A stretch of 64,000 nucleotides of DNA, taken from NCBI GenBank assembly GCA_021827485.1, contig JAKAVM010000106.1, positions 45,277-109,276 of the forward strand. Direction: 5' to 3'. This stretch comes from Actinomycetes bacterium (GTDB lineage Bacteria > Actinomycetota > Acidimicrobiia > Acidimicrobiales > JAKAVM01). Shown in pieces: positions 53,586 to 62,853 of this stretch. Both the position numbers and the translations under genes were made by a program. The notes under the pieces were generated by a model, which made no database searches, had not been told where the DNA came from, and saw only the letters and a list, made by a program, of their open reading frames with translations. The stretch's first letter is position 1; each line of letters begins with the position of its first letter.

Positions 53586-55250
53586 GTGGAAACCAGTGCT
53601 CAGATACCCCTGAGCCAGTCAGATTTGATTGAGAAATCGATTCGTCGCTGCCTGGAAGCTTTGGGATTAGACCTTTCTGACCAGCCAATTCATGTTGAAA
53701 GAACTGCGCGGCTTGAGCTTGGGGACTTCTTTACCAACTGCGCGATGGTAAATGCCAAGAACCTCGGGCAGCAGCCTCGTCAGTTAGCACTACGACTAGC
53801 TCAGCAAATTGAAAAGGAATCTTTCCCAAATTTGGCAAGGGTTGAAGTTGCTGGCCCCGGATTCATTAACTTCTTTTTGGAACCTAGTTGGCTCCACCAG
53901 TCCTTGAGGAGGGTTATAGAACAAGGAGAGGGTACCTATGCCCGAGCCGATATTGGAGGCGGAGAACGTGTTCAGATCGAGTTTGTCTCAGCAAATCCTA
54001 CCGGGCCGTTACATGTAGGCAATGGTTGGCTTTGCAGCTTCGGCGACACACTTTCGCGTCTGCTTGACTGGTGCGGCTGGAATGTAACCAAGGAGTATTA
54101 CGTCAACGATACAGGCAATCAAATTCGCACTCTTGGGATGAGCCTGTTAGCCCACTGTGAGGGCCGAGCGGTTCCTGAAGGAGGTTACAAAGGACAATAT
54201 GTCGCAGAGTTAGCCAAAAAGTATCTGGATGAGAGTAAAAGCGCCAACAGTTCACTAGATCTTTCCGATGAACTAGTGGCAGGTAAGTGGGCCGGTGAGA
54301 AAATATTAGCCAATATAAGAGGTTCTCTCTCTCGTTTAGGAATTGAGTTCGATGTTTGGTTTTCTCAGGCCGAGATAGAAGAGGGCGGTGCGACCGCGCA
54401 AACAATCGAATATCTTAGCGTGAAGGATCTTGTATACGAAAAAGATGGTGCCATTTGGCTAAACTCGATTAGTCTTGGCGACACCAGAGATCGGGTTCTG
54501 GTCAAGTCCAATGGAGATGTGACCTACCTGGGAGGTGACATTGCCTACCATCGCAATAAGTTCTTAGTTCGCAATTTTGACAGAGTCATTGATATTTTTG
54601 GAGCAGATCACCATGGCCAAGTTGCGAGCCTTCGGTGTGCAATTCAAGCACTTGGAGTTGACCCTAGCCGACTAGAAATTTATTTGGGCCAAATGGTATC
54701 GCTCGCCGATAAGAAAATGTCAAAAAGAGATGGCAACTTCGTAAGTTTAGATGAGCTATTGGATGATATCGGAGAGGATGCTTTTAGATTTCTCTCTCTT
54801 GCCAAGTCGATAAATGAGTCGACGACACTGGATCTTGACTTAGTCCGCTCAAAAAGCATGGATAATCCTGTTTATTACGTTCAATATGCTCATGCCAGAA
54901 TTGCCTCGATTGAGCGTGTTCGTCAAGAGAGGGGTATAGATCGAAGTGAGATTGAAACAGTTGATCTTAGCTGCCTGGTCCATCCGAGAGAGTTAGACCT
55001 AATAAGGTCTATTGAAGAGTTGCCTGAAGTGATAGCTGATTGTGCAAGACTTAGAGAACCCTTCAAAATAACCAATCAGTCTCGCAAGATTGCAGATCGT
55101 TTCCATAGCTTTTACCATGACTGTCATGTGATCGGTGAATCCGTGCCTCCAGAACTCACTCAGGCAAGGCTTTGGTTAGTCGAGGCTTGTAGAATTGCAT
55201 TAGCTATAAGCCTGGGGCTACTTGGCGTTTCTCTTCCAGATTCGATGTGA
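53586..55250 (+). CDS. argS: Arginine--tRNA ligase
   Basis: HIGH-type ANPTGPLHVGNG, KMSKS-type KKMSKRDGN, and the C-terminal anticodon-binding DALR-like region. Confidence 0.95.
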   Translation: METSAQIPLSQSDLIEKSIRRCLEALGLDLSDQPIHVERTARLELGDFFTNCAMVNAKNLGQQPRQLALRLAQQIEKESFPNLARVEVAGPGFINFFLEPSWLHQSLRRVIEQGEGTYARADIGGGERVQIEFVSANPTGPLHVGNGWLCSFGDTLSRLLDWCGWNVTKEYYVNDTGNQIRTLGMSLLAHCEGRAVPEGGYKGQYVAELAKKYLDESKSANSSLDLSDELVAGKWAGEKILANIRGSLSRLGIEFDVWFSQAEIEEGGATAQTIEYLSVKDLVYEKDGAIWLNSISLGDTRDRVLVKSNGDVTYLGGDIAYHRNKFLVRNFDRVIDIFGADHHGQVASLRCAIQALGVDPSRLEIYLGQMVSLADKKMSKRDGNFVSLDELLDDIGEDAFRFLSLAKSINESTTLDLDLVRSKSMDNPVYYVQYAHARIASIERVRQERGIDRSEIETVDLSCLVHPRELDLIRSIEELPEVIADCARLREPFKITNQSRKIADRFHSFYHDCHVIGESVPPELTQARLWLVEACRIALAISLGLLGVSLPDSM

Positions 55251-55253
55251 TCA

Positions 55254-56522
55254 GTGTCTAGTAATCCTCTCCCTACATATCTCCTTCCGGATTGCGCATC
55301 TTCTTCTCCTTCGGGAGCATTGAAGATCGGAGGTATCTTGCTTGAAGATCTGGCAGAGGAGTTTGGTACTCCGTTATTCGTATACGATCAAGAACATATC
55401 GAACAGAGATGTAATGAAGCCGTCTCATCGTGGGGACCGGGAGTAGCATACGCAACCAAAGCTTTCCTGTGCAAAGAAATGGCCCGCTTAGCTTATGAGA
55501 TGGGTATGGATTTGGATGTCTCTACGGCTGGAGAACTCTACGTCGCCTTGCAGGCTGGGGTCCAGGGATCGGCAATTGTGTTGCATGGAAACAATAAATC
55601 AGACGAGGAGTTGAAGCTTGCGCTTGACAATTCAGTAGGGAAGATCGTAATTGACTCTTTTGACGAAATCGAGCGTTTGCGCAATTTATCCCGAAAATGT
55701 CGTGTGATGATCCGAGTTACACCTGGGATTGAAGCTCACACCCACGAGTTTGTCCAAACAGGTCAAGATGACTCCAAATTTGGATTTGGCCTAAAGTCGC
55801 AAAGCGCGCAAAAGGCCGTAAAACTAGTCGAGCAAATAAGTCATCTCGACTTAGTCGGGATTCACGTTCACATTGGTAGTCAAATCTTTGCGGAGTCTTC
55901 CTATGCTCTAGCCTTAGAGACAGTGGCTGATTTTGCAAAAAGCCTCGATATTGGTGAAATCTGCATCGGCGGAGGGCTTGGGGTGGCATATGTTGAAGGT
56001 GAAGTTGCTCCTTCCATCACGAGTTGGGCACAAAGCGTTCGTGATAGCGCTAACAGGGTAGGAATTGCTCCTGATGTGAAACTCACAGCTGAGCCAGGAC
56101 GCTCAATTGTTGCTCAGGCCGGGATCACACTTTACAGCGTTGGAACCATCAAAGACGTATCGGACTCAAAGACTTTTGTTTCAGTGGATGGGGGCATGAG
56201 CGATAATCCTCGACCAGTTTTATATGGAAGTGGGTATGAAGTATTTTTGCCTCGAGAGTATATGGTGGTTCGTGATAAAGTTGTAGACGTTGTAGGCAAG
56301 CATTGTGAGTCTGGAGATTTCATCGTGAAAGGAGCAAATATACCGGCAGATATTGAAGTCGGTGACATCCTCGCTACCCCAGTATCTGGAGCATATGGAT
56401 ACTCTATGGCCTCAAATTACAATAAGGTTCCCAGACCTGCTGTAGTTTTTGTTCGTCAAGGAGATGCACGACTGGTCGCACGTCGAGAAACCTTAGAAGA
56501 CCTTATACGTTTGGATGAGTAG
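55254..56522 (+). CDS. lysA: Diaminopimelate decarboxylase
   Basis: Fold-III PLP enzyme motifs (YATKAF with the PLP Lys, HVHIGSQ, GGGLGV, EPGRSIVA, CESGD). argS-lysA order as in Corynebacterium and Mycobacterium. Confidence 0.9.
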   Translation: MSSNPLPTYLLPDCASSSPSGALKIGGILLEDLAEEFGTPLFVYDQEHIEQRCNEAVSSWGPGVAYATKAFLCKEMARLAYEMGMDLDVSTAGELYVALQAGVQGSAIVLHGNNKSDEELKLALDNSVGKIVIDSFDEIERLRNLSRKCRVMIRVTPGIEAHTHEFVQTGQDDSKFGFGLKSQSAQKAVKLVEQISHLDLVGIHVHIGSQIFAESSYALALETVADFAKSLDIGEICIGGGLGVAYVEGEVAPSITSWAQSVRDSANRVGIAPDVKLTAEPGRSIVAQAGITLYSVGTIKDVSDSKTFVSVDGGMSDNPRPVLYGSGYEVFLPREYMVVRDKVVDVVGKHCESGDFIVKGANIPADIEVGDILATPVSGAYGYSMASNYNKVPRPAVVFVRQGDARLVARRETLEDLIRLDE

Positions 56523-56536
56523 AAAGACTGAGAGTT

Positions 56537-57403
56537 ATGCAGCAAAACTATACTGAAATAATTTTTGAGGTATCCGATAAGGTGGCGACCTTGTCTATCA
56601 ATCGACCCTTTAAGCGTAATTCACTTTCAAAGACAACCATTGATGAGATGACCAGTGCTATTGAGTTGGTTAGAGTTGATAGGTCGATTCGTGTCTTGGT
56701 GCTAACAGGTGTTGGGGGCAAGGCTTTTTGCTCAGGGGCTGATTTGTCGACGATGTTTCACTCAGAAAAACATGACAGAGAAGTTGGTCAAGGGCAAAGC
56801 ACCATTGAACATAAACTGACCTCCCAGGGCAATTCAACCCAGAGTAATTCAACCGTAGACGATCACGCAGCCCGCGGCGCATTGGCAGATCTATTTATTC
56901 GGCTATGGGAGTTGGGGAAACCAACGATCGCTAAGGTGAACGGTTACTGCCTTGCCGGTGGCTTCGGATTAGCAATGGCATGTGACATCGTTATTGCATC
57001 ACGAGATTCGCAATTTGGGACGCCAGAAATCAATGTGGGTCTGTGGCCGTATATGATAACAGTCCCACTTTTGCGTTCTATGGCGCCGAAAGTCGCTCTG
57101 GAACTTATGATGACTGGCCGGAAAGTATCAGCAGATGAGGGCTTTGAGCTGGGATTTGTCAATAAAGTGGTAGAAACTGACCGCTTAGACGAGGCAGTTG
57201 CTACTATTTCTAAACAGTTGGCTTCTTGTTCGCCTGAAGCTATGGCTCTAGGCCGAAGTTCGTTTTACAACGTACTAGGTTTTGGCTGCCGAGAATCTTT
57301 GAAGTACTTGCAAGCGATGTTGAGTGTGACGGCAATGAGTGGTGATGCCCAAGAGGGAATCACAGCTTTTATGGACAAGAGAAAACCCAGCTGGCAAGAG
57401 TGA
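56537..57403 (+). CDS. Enoyl-CoA hydratase/isomerase (crotonase) family protein
   Basis: AFCSGADLS, VNGYCLAGGFGLAMACD, EGITAFMDKRKPSW. Contains a polar low-complexity insertion (..QGNSTQSNSTV..). Confidence 0.85.
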   Translation: MQQNYTEIIFEVSDKVATLSINRPFKRNSLSKTTIDEMTSAIELVRVDRSIRVLVLTGVGGKAFCSGADLSTMFHSEKHDREVGQGQSTIEHKLTSQGNSTQSNSTVDDHAARGALADLFIRLWELGKPTIAKVNGYCLAGGFGLAMACDIVIASRDSQFGTPEINVGLWPYMITVPLLRSMAPKVALELMMTGRKVSADEGFELGFVNKVVETDRLDEAVATISKQLASCSPEAMALGRSSFYNVLGFGCRESLKYLQAMLSVTAMSGDAQEGITAFMDKRKPSWQE

Positions 57404-57499
57404 GAGAAATCGGTGGAGAAAGTTCGGCTTGGTAAAAAGAAAATTGTTGATACCAGTTCCAATAAATAGTGGAACAATAGAGATAAAGGAAATTGGGAG

Positions 57500-58474
57500 A
57501 TGGCTGGGCCAAAAAAGGCACTAATAACTGGAATCACCGGACAGGATGGTTCCTATTTGGCTGAGTTCTTACTGGATAAAGGCTATGAAGTAGTCGGGAT
57601 GGTGCGTCGTTCATCGACTGTTAATTTTGAGCGAATAGCGCATATCCAGGATCGAGTAAATCTTGTCGCTGGTGATTTACTTGACGAAGTATCTCTTATT
57701 CGCCTACTGCAAGAGTGGCAGCCTGGCGAAGTTTACAATCTGGCTGCTCAGTCCTTTGTGCAAACATCATGGAATCAACCAGTGTTCACAGGAGAAAGTA
57801 CTGCACTTGGCGTAACTAGGTTGTTGGATGCGATACGTATTGCAAATCCCGAAATCCGCTTTTATCAAGCCTCGTCTTCCGAGATGTTTGGCAAGGTGGT
57901 AGAAGTTCCTCAAAAAGAAGACACACCGTTTTACCCAAGAAGCCCTTATGGAGTCGCAAAAGTTTACGGTCACTGGATAACCGTTAACTATCGAGAGAGT
58001 TATGGTCTACATGCCTCGTCGGGAATTTTATTCAATCATGAAAGTCCGCGCAGAGGATTAGAGTTTGTTACCCGTAAGATTTCTAATACGGCTGCGAAAA
58101 TTGCATTAGGCGTTGAGAAGAAGATTAGTTTGGGCAATTTGGACGCGCGCAGAGATTGGGGTTACGCTCCAGATTACGTCAAAGCAATGTGGCTCATGCT
58201 TCAACAAGATGAACCGGATAACTATGTTATTGCTACTGGCGAGACCCATTCGGTTGGTGAGTTTTGTAAGTTAGCATTCACCTGCGTAGGATTGAATTAC
58301 GAGGATTACGTTGAGGTCGACAAGAAGTTTCTTAGGCCAGCGGAAGTTGACCTGCTGGTTGGGGATCCTTCCAAAGCAGGCAAAGTCCTTGGGTGGACCC
58401 CTGATGTTGCTTTCCAAGACTTAGTAGAAACAATGGTTGATGCAGATATGAAACTGGTGAAAGCCCAGTTGTGA
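57500..58474 (+). CDS. gmd: GDP-mannose 4,6-dehydratase
   Basis: [57 protein letters not shown]. Confidence 0.95.
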   Translation: MAGPKKALITGITGQDGSYLAEFLLDKGYEVVGMVRRSSTVNFERIAHIQDRVNLVAGDLLDEVSLIRLLQEWQPGEVYNLAAQSFVQTSWNQPVFTGESTALGVTRLLDAIRIANPEIRFYQASSSEMFGKVVEVPQKEDTPFYPRSPYGVAKVYGHWITVNYRESYGLHASSGILFNHESPRRGLEFVTRKISNTAAKIALGVEKKISLGNLDARRDWGYAPDYVKAMWLMLQQDEPDNYVIATGETHSVGEFCKLAFTCVGLNYEDYVEVDKKFLRPAEVDLLVGDPSKAGKVLGWTPDVAFQDLVETMVDADMKLVKAQL

Positions 58475-58478
58475 ACTT

Positions 58479-58500
58479 CTCGGGCCCTAAAGGGTCCGAG
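58479..58500 (+). terminator. Stem-loop CTCGGGCCC-TAAA-GGGTCCGAG directly after the gmd stop (terminator-like, weak T tract)
   Basis: 9-bp stem (one G-U pair) with a 4-nt loop, read from the sequence. Only TT follows, so intrinsic-terminator function is uncertain. Confidence 0.4.
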
Positions 58501-58610
58501 TTCGATGGAACTTTCCGACCCGACCTGTCACACGGCCGCAAGTCCGATCAGATGGATAGCCCGTAGTCTAGTAGATTGACAGGCCGATGGCTACCCGATA
58601 GACTGGAGCA

Positions 58611-58829
58611 GTGAAGCCGATCAGTACCAGGGCCTTGCGTATCTTGCTCCAAGCGATGGGTTGCGAGAAGGTGGCGGTGGTCGGCTCCCATGAGAAGTGG
58701 CGAGCCCCCGGAGGACATAGATGCATAATCAAAGCAGGCGTAAAGCAGCAGGCCCCGGGAACCTTACGGGCGATCCAGGCGAGCTTGGCCACTGAGTTTG
58801 GCGAGAGATGGCTGGAGGAAGGACGATGA
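58611..58829 (+). CDS. hicA: HicA-family toxin (mRNA interferase)
   Basis: 72 aa. ALRILLQAMGCEKVAVVGSHEKWRAPGG has the HicA dsRBD-like pattern with a conserved His. Stop overlaps the hicB start (ATGA). Lies in a GC-rich islet. Confidence 0.7.
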   Translation: MKPISTRALRILLQAMGCEKVAVVGSHEKWRAPGGHRCIIKAGVKQQAPGTLRAIQASLATEFGERWLEEGR

Positions 58830-59224
58830 AGACCTACACGGTGCAATGCGAGTGGGACCCCACTGGCTGGTGGGTGGTGACGGTACCCGAACTGCCAGGC
58901 GCGATCAGCCAGGCGCGACGCCTCGATCAGGTGCCAGGTGATGTAGCCGAGGTTATTGAGTTGATGACCGGGGAGAAACACGGCACGTACACTCTTGCGA
59001 CCGAGGCGCTCTACCCAGGCGTAGCTGGCGCCGTCGCGCGTGAAGCGGTCGCCTTGCGTCAGCAAGCCGAGGAGATCAAGAGCGCGGCGAGCGACGCCGT
59101 GCGCAATGCGGTAATTGCCCTGCGCAGAGAGGGTCTCACCCTGCGAGACGCAGCAGCCCTGACAGGAATCAGTTACCAGCGGGCGCAGCAGATCGAGCGC
59201 TCGGCGCTCAAGCACGCTGGTTGA
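58826..59224 (+). CDS. hicB: HicB-family antitoxin
   Basis: MKTYTVQCEWDPTGWWVVTVPELPGAISQARRLDQV is a HicB/UPF0150 N-domain. The C-terminal LTLRDAAALTGISYQRAQQIE is a DNA-binding HTH. Confidence 0.7.
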   Translation: MKTYTVQCEWDPTGWWVVTVPELPGAISQARRLDQVPGDVAEVIELMTGEKHGTYTLATEALYPGVAGAVAREAVALRQQAEEIKSAASDAVRNAVIALRREGLTLRDAAALTGISYQRAQQIERSALKHAG

Positions 59225-59341
59225 ACGGACGATCTCGATTCGCGACAAACGCGCTGGTAGTGCGAATATTTGAAAACAATTTTCAAGGCAAGCCACAAAT
59301 ATCAGAGCTTTCCGGCGCGTTTGGTAAACTATTAGACCAAC

Positions 59342-60109
59342 GTGCCTGTTTCGTTGGTTCTCACCATTTCCGCTAATCCATTAGGGATGCTCACCGCTTT
59401 CGGGGCGGGCATGCTGTCCTTCATCTCTCCGTGTTGCCTACCGTTGGTACCTGGTTACCTTGGAATGATCACCGGGATTGAAACGCCCAATCTTACATCT
59501 GGTAATGCGCAGTTGAAGAGGGTTCTTAGAACAACGTTACTTTTTATTGCTGGCTTTACTTTAGTATTCGTCCTTCTCGGTGCCGCAGCCTCATCGCTTG
59601 GAGGATTATTGGTTTCACATCGTCGCGTTTTGGATATCGTTGCAGGAGTATTAATTGTAGGTGTTGCCCTTTTGATTGTTACCGGTATAATGCCCGGGGT
59701 CTTATCAATGGAGCGACGAATTCATATTTCACCAAGTCGCTTTGGTTCTATCGCTCCTCCGATTATGGGTATGGCGTTCGCGTTTGGATGGACACCTTGC
59801 ATAGGACCGGTTCTAGGGGCGGTACTTTCAATTGCGGCACTGAAGGCAACACTTCCCGGCGGAATGGCATTACTTTGCGTCTACTCGCTTGGTCTGGGAG
59901 TCCCATTTATTTTGGCGGGAGTTGCATGGGGGAGGGCCAGCACCATCTTCACTTGGCTCAAATCTCACTACCGTTCAGTTTCGATTGGATCGGGTATTGT
60001 CCTCGGCGGATGGGGAGTTCTATTGATCTTGGGAGATACGACTCTGGTTGCATCTTGGTTCAGCCAAATTATGAATGACCTTCATTTATCTCGTCTGACT
60101 GTTAGCTAG
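59342..60109 (+). CDS. ccdA: Cytochrome c biogenesis thiol-reductant transporter CcdA (DsbD TM-domain family)
   Basis: FISPCCLPLVPGYLG and GWTPCIGPVLG, the two conserved Cys-containing motifs. Confidence 0.9.
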   Translation: MPVSLVLTISANPLGMLTAFGAGMLSFISPCCLPLVPGYLGMITGIETPNLTSGNAQLKRVLRTTLLFIAGFTLVFVLLGAAASSLGGLLVSHRRVLDIVAGVLIVGVALLIVTGIMPGVLSMERRIHISPSRFGSIAPPIMGMAFAFGWTPCIGPVLGAVLSIAALKATLPGGMALLCVYSLGLGVPFILAGVAWGRASTIFTWLKSHYRSVSIGSGIVLGGWGVLLILGDTTLVASWFSQIMNDLHLSRLTVS

Positions 60110-60126
60110 GCCGCTGAGGAACTTTT

Positions 60127-60792
60127 GTGTCAGACAATAAAGTCATAAGCATGGAAAATGTAATCTGTTTGCTGGGGAATTTCCCGGCTTTGTCTGGCGT
60201 GAACTTGGATGTTGCCAGAGGAGAGGTCTTGGCTATTTACGGTCCAAACGGTGCAGGCAAGACTACTTTATTGCGAGTTCTGGCCGGACTTGTCCAGATA
60301 AACCATGGTAAAGCCTCCGTTTTAGGGAGTGACATAGTTGGCGAGCGGGATAGCCTTGCAGGACGAGTTGCAATCCTGGGCCATTCTAATCACCTCTACG
60401 CTGATCTAGGTGCAGAAGAGAACGTACGATTCTTTGCAAAGGCCAGCCGCTCTGACTTGAATCTTCTTGAAACGACTCTTGAGAAATTGCAAATAACCAA
60501 TAGGGTTAGGCAATCAAAAGTTAGCCAGCTGTCTACAGGTCAAGCAAGAAGAGTAGCAATTGCGACGTTGATGGTGAGGTCGCCGCAGTTATGGCTTCTC
60601 GATGAACCCCACTCAGGGCTGGATGCCAAGGGGCGAGAGTTGTTTGATGGAATAGTTGAGGATTTGTCAAAACAGGGAACGACGATACTTATTGTTAGTC
60701 ATGAAGTTGATCGAATAGAGAAACTTGCAACACGTCGAGTCGAGATGGTTGGGGGAACTATCATTAGTCATGGCGGTAGCGATGTGGCGTGA
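60127..60792 (+). CDS. ccmA: Heme exporter ATP-binding protein CcmA
   Basis: GPNGAGKTTLLRVLAG, LSTGQARRVAIA, LWLLDEPHSGLD. First gene of the ccm cluster. Confidence 0.85.
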   Translation: MSDNKVISMENVICLLGNFPALSGVNLDVARGEVLAIYGPNGAGKTTLLRVLAGLVQINHGKASVLGSDIVGERDSLAGRVAILGHSNHLYADLGAEENVRFFAKASRSDLNLLETTLEKLQITNRVRQSKVSQLSTGQARRVAIATLMVRSPQLWLLDEPHSGLDAKGRELFDGIVEDLSKQGTTILIVSHEVDRIEKLATRRVEMVGGTIISHGGSDVA

Positions 60793-61450
60793 TGCGTTAC
60801 TTATAGCCAAAAAGGATCTCATTATTGAGATGCGCTCTCGGGTCATCCTAAATCAGGTTGTACCATTTGCATTAGTTGTAGTGATATTTTTTGGGATAGC
60901 GCTCAATGCAAACTCGACTTTGTTGAGAGATGCCGGTGGCGGCCTCTTCTGGGTTGCGATACTTTTTGCCTGCGTTTTAGCAATTGAGAGATCGAGCAGT
61001 ATCGAATCTCAAGATGAGGCAGGTGAGGCCCTTAGGCTTTGCGGAATTGATTTGGGCGGTATGTTTCTAGGCAAGACTCTTGCTGTCGTATTAGAGCTAA
61101 TTGTTTTAGAGATAGTTCTTGGGGTAGCTACTTTTCTCGTTTTTCATCTTGTGCTGAACGGATTGGCAATACTGCTTATCTCTGGGTTCTTTGCAACCGT
61201 GGGGCTGGCTAGCTCTGGGACAATTTACGGAGCGCTGACTAAATCTTCGAACGTCAAGGAAACTTTGCTGCCTCTTCTCTTCTTCCCAATAGTTGCACCA
61301 GTCCTGCTAGCTGCCAGTCGAGCTTGGCAACTTGCCATCAATGGCTATTCTTCCCAGGGAGCTGTCTGGCTCCGAATTCTCATTGCTTTTGCGGTAATCT
61401 ATTGTGTTCTAGGAACAATTTTATATGAGCAGATTCTTGAAACAACCTAA
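60770..61450 (+). CDS. ccmB: Heme exporter membrane protein CcmB
   Basis: Hydrophobic 6-TM protein following ccmA (..LIAKKDLIIEMRSRVILNQVVPF..). Start chosen at MAVAMWRD, but the ORF is open from 60725. Confidence 0.8.
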   Translation: MAVAMWRDALLIAKKDLIIEMRSRVILNQVVPFALVVVIFFGIALNANSTLLRDAGGGLFWVAILFACVLAIERSSSIESQDEAGEALRLCGIDLGGMFLGKTLAVVLELIVLEIVLGVATFLVFHLVLNGLAILLISGFFATVGLASSGTIYGALTKSSNVKETLLPLLFFPIVAPVLLAASRAWQLAINGYSSQGAVWLRILIAFAVIYCVLGTILYEQILETT

Positions 61451-62201
61451 TCGGGTGGAGACCAACTTGATTGAGCCACGTATTCCAACAGTTATTAGGG
61501 TTGTCGGATTTGTCGCCATTGTTGGTGTGGGATTGACAGTTTGGCTGGGACTCTGGGTCACGCCTCCGGATAAGTTCATGGGTAATTTAGTCCGATTGAT
61601 ATACCTGCATCCTCCTGTAGCATGGGTTGCCTTTCTGGCCTTTGGGGTTACCGCATTAGCCAGTGCGCTATATCTATGGAAGCGTACTCGTTCTATGCTA
61701 TGGGATCGGATAGCTGGGGCATCAGGAGAAGTCGGGGTAGTTTTTACTGGGTTAACTTTGGTATCTGGGTCCATCTGGGGACGGCCGACATGGGGAGTGT
61801 GGTGGACTTGGGATCCCTTGCTGACTACTACCGCATTACTATTTCTCCTCTATATTGGTTATCTCGTACTGCGTAATTCAATAGTTGATCCAACTCTAAG
61901 GGCAAAACGTTCTGCTATAGCAGCGCTTGTCGCTGTTGTAGATGTACCGATTGTACATTTTTCTGTCTTGTGGTGGAGGAGCTTACACCAGCCTCCTACG
62001 GTATTGAATCCTACGCTCAGTCCTGAAATACACGGCCAAATGGCTTGGACATTGCTATTAGGGTTTGTGTCATTTACTCTAGTTTATGTGTGGATGGCTT
62101 GGGTTCGCTATGAGACAATAAGGGCTCAAGACTATTTGGCCTCTGTCTGGCTTGATAATGCTCTTCAAGAGCGACGTGACGAAGCTTATGTTTCTAAATA
62201 G
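61425..62201 (+). CDS. ccmC: Heme exporter/heme-handling protein CcmC
   Basis: WWD-type motif WGRPTWGVWWTWDPLLTT with flanking conserved His-containing loops. Confidence 0.9.
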   Translation: MSRFLKQPNRVETNLIEPRIPTVIRVVGFVAIVGVGLTVWLGLWVTPPDKFMGNLVRLIYLHPPVAWVAFLAFGVTALASALYLWKRTRSMLWDRIAGASGEVGVVFTGLTLVSGSIWGRPTWGVWWTWDPLLTTTALLFLLYIGYLVLRNSIVDPTLRAKRSAIAALVAVVDVPIVHFSVLWWRSLHQPPTVLNPTLSPEIHGQMAWTLLLGFVSFTLVYVWMAWVRYETIRAQDYLASVWLDNALQERRDEAYVSK

Positions 62202-62216
62202 TAATAAGGCGATTCA

Positions 62217-62369
62217 TTGAAATATATTGATGCAGGATATATAATTGTGCTTTCAACATTGACTCTATATTCAATGTTTATTCTCATAAAGAAGCAACGG
62301 CTAAAAAGTTCAATTGCTAAGATTTCGGCCTCCAATGTTGAGCGTGATCCATCCGATTCAATTACCTAA
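62217..62369 (+). CDS. Possible CcmD-like small single-TM protein (not in the ORF track, 50 aa)
   Basis: TTG-started ORF LKYIDAGYIIVLSTLTLYSMFILIKKQRLKSS... One TM followed by a basic stretch. It occupies the ccmC-ccmE gap where ccmD normally sits. The start codon and the gene's existence are both uncertain. Confidence 0.4.
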   Translation: MKYIDAGYIIVLSTLTLYSMFILIKKQRLKSSIAKISASNVERDPSDSIT

Positions 62370-62414
62370 TGATTCATTCATCAGCAACACAATGAGTCAA
62401 GGCTGCGTCCGGAT

Positions 62415-62840
62415 TTGAAAATGAAGAAGAGGAAGAAAGTTCGACTCGCCATTGCTATTTTATTGATCGTTGGGGCAATTGCATTTGTTCTTGCTAAGGG
62501 TTTGGGGTCGTCTTTAGAGTATTTTCAAACTGCAAACCAAGCTGTTGCTGACCGTGCCCAACTTGGTTCACAGGACTTCAATATCGAAGGTGCAGTAGTG
62601 CCGGGAACAATTCGGCGATTTGGCAATAAGTTAACTTTTGAGATTCAAAGCAAGGGAGTAGTGGTGCACGTTGTAAGTACCGGTTCACCACCACAACTTT
62701 TCCAGGCAAAGATTCCAGTAGTACTTGCTGGTCATTTTCAGGGAATTACCTTCGAGAGTAATCAGATCATGGTCAAACATTCGGCCCAGTATGTCGCTGC
62801 CCACCCGAATCGGGTTCGGTCGCCTTACAGTTCAAAGTAA
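62415..62840 (+). CDS. ccmE: Heme chaperone CcmE
   Basis: N-terminal TM anchor, an OB-fold-like body, and a C-terminal heme-binding H-x3-Y in MVKHSAQY. Confidence 0.85.
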   Translation: MKMKKRKKVRLAIAILLIVGAIAFVLAKGLGSSLEYFQTANQAVADRAQLGSQDFNIEGAVVPGTIRRFGNKLTFEIQSKGVVVHVVSTGSPPQLFQAKIPVVLAGHFQGITFESNQIMVKHSAQYVAAHPNRVRSPYSSK

Positions 62841-62853
62841 TAGTTATAGGTTG

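Noticed and set aside
56760-56880. Low-complexity insertion (..QGNSTQSNSTV.., with AATTCAACC repeated) in the second crotonase as a possible novel domain
   Set aside because: The insertion is short, polar and probably a surface loop in a variable region of the crotonase fold. There is no evidence of function.
58568-59296. 242-aa minus-strand ORF spanning the whole GC-rich islet
   Set aside because: It is antisense to the well-supported, ATGA-coupled hicA/hicB pair. Its sequence is Arg/Ala/Leu-rich with no motifs. Long stop-free antisense frames are expected in high-GC DNA. Treated as a shadow ORF.
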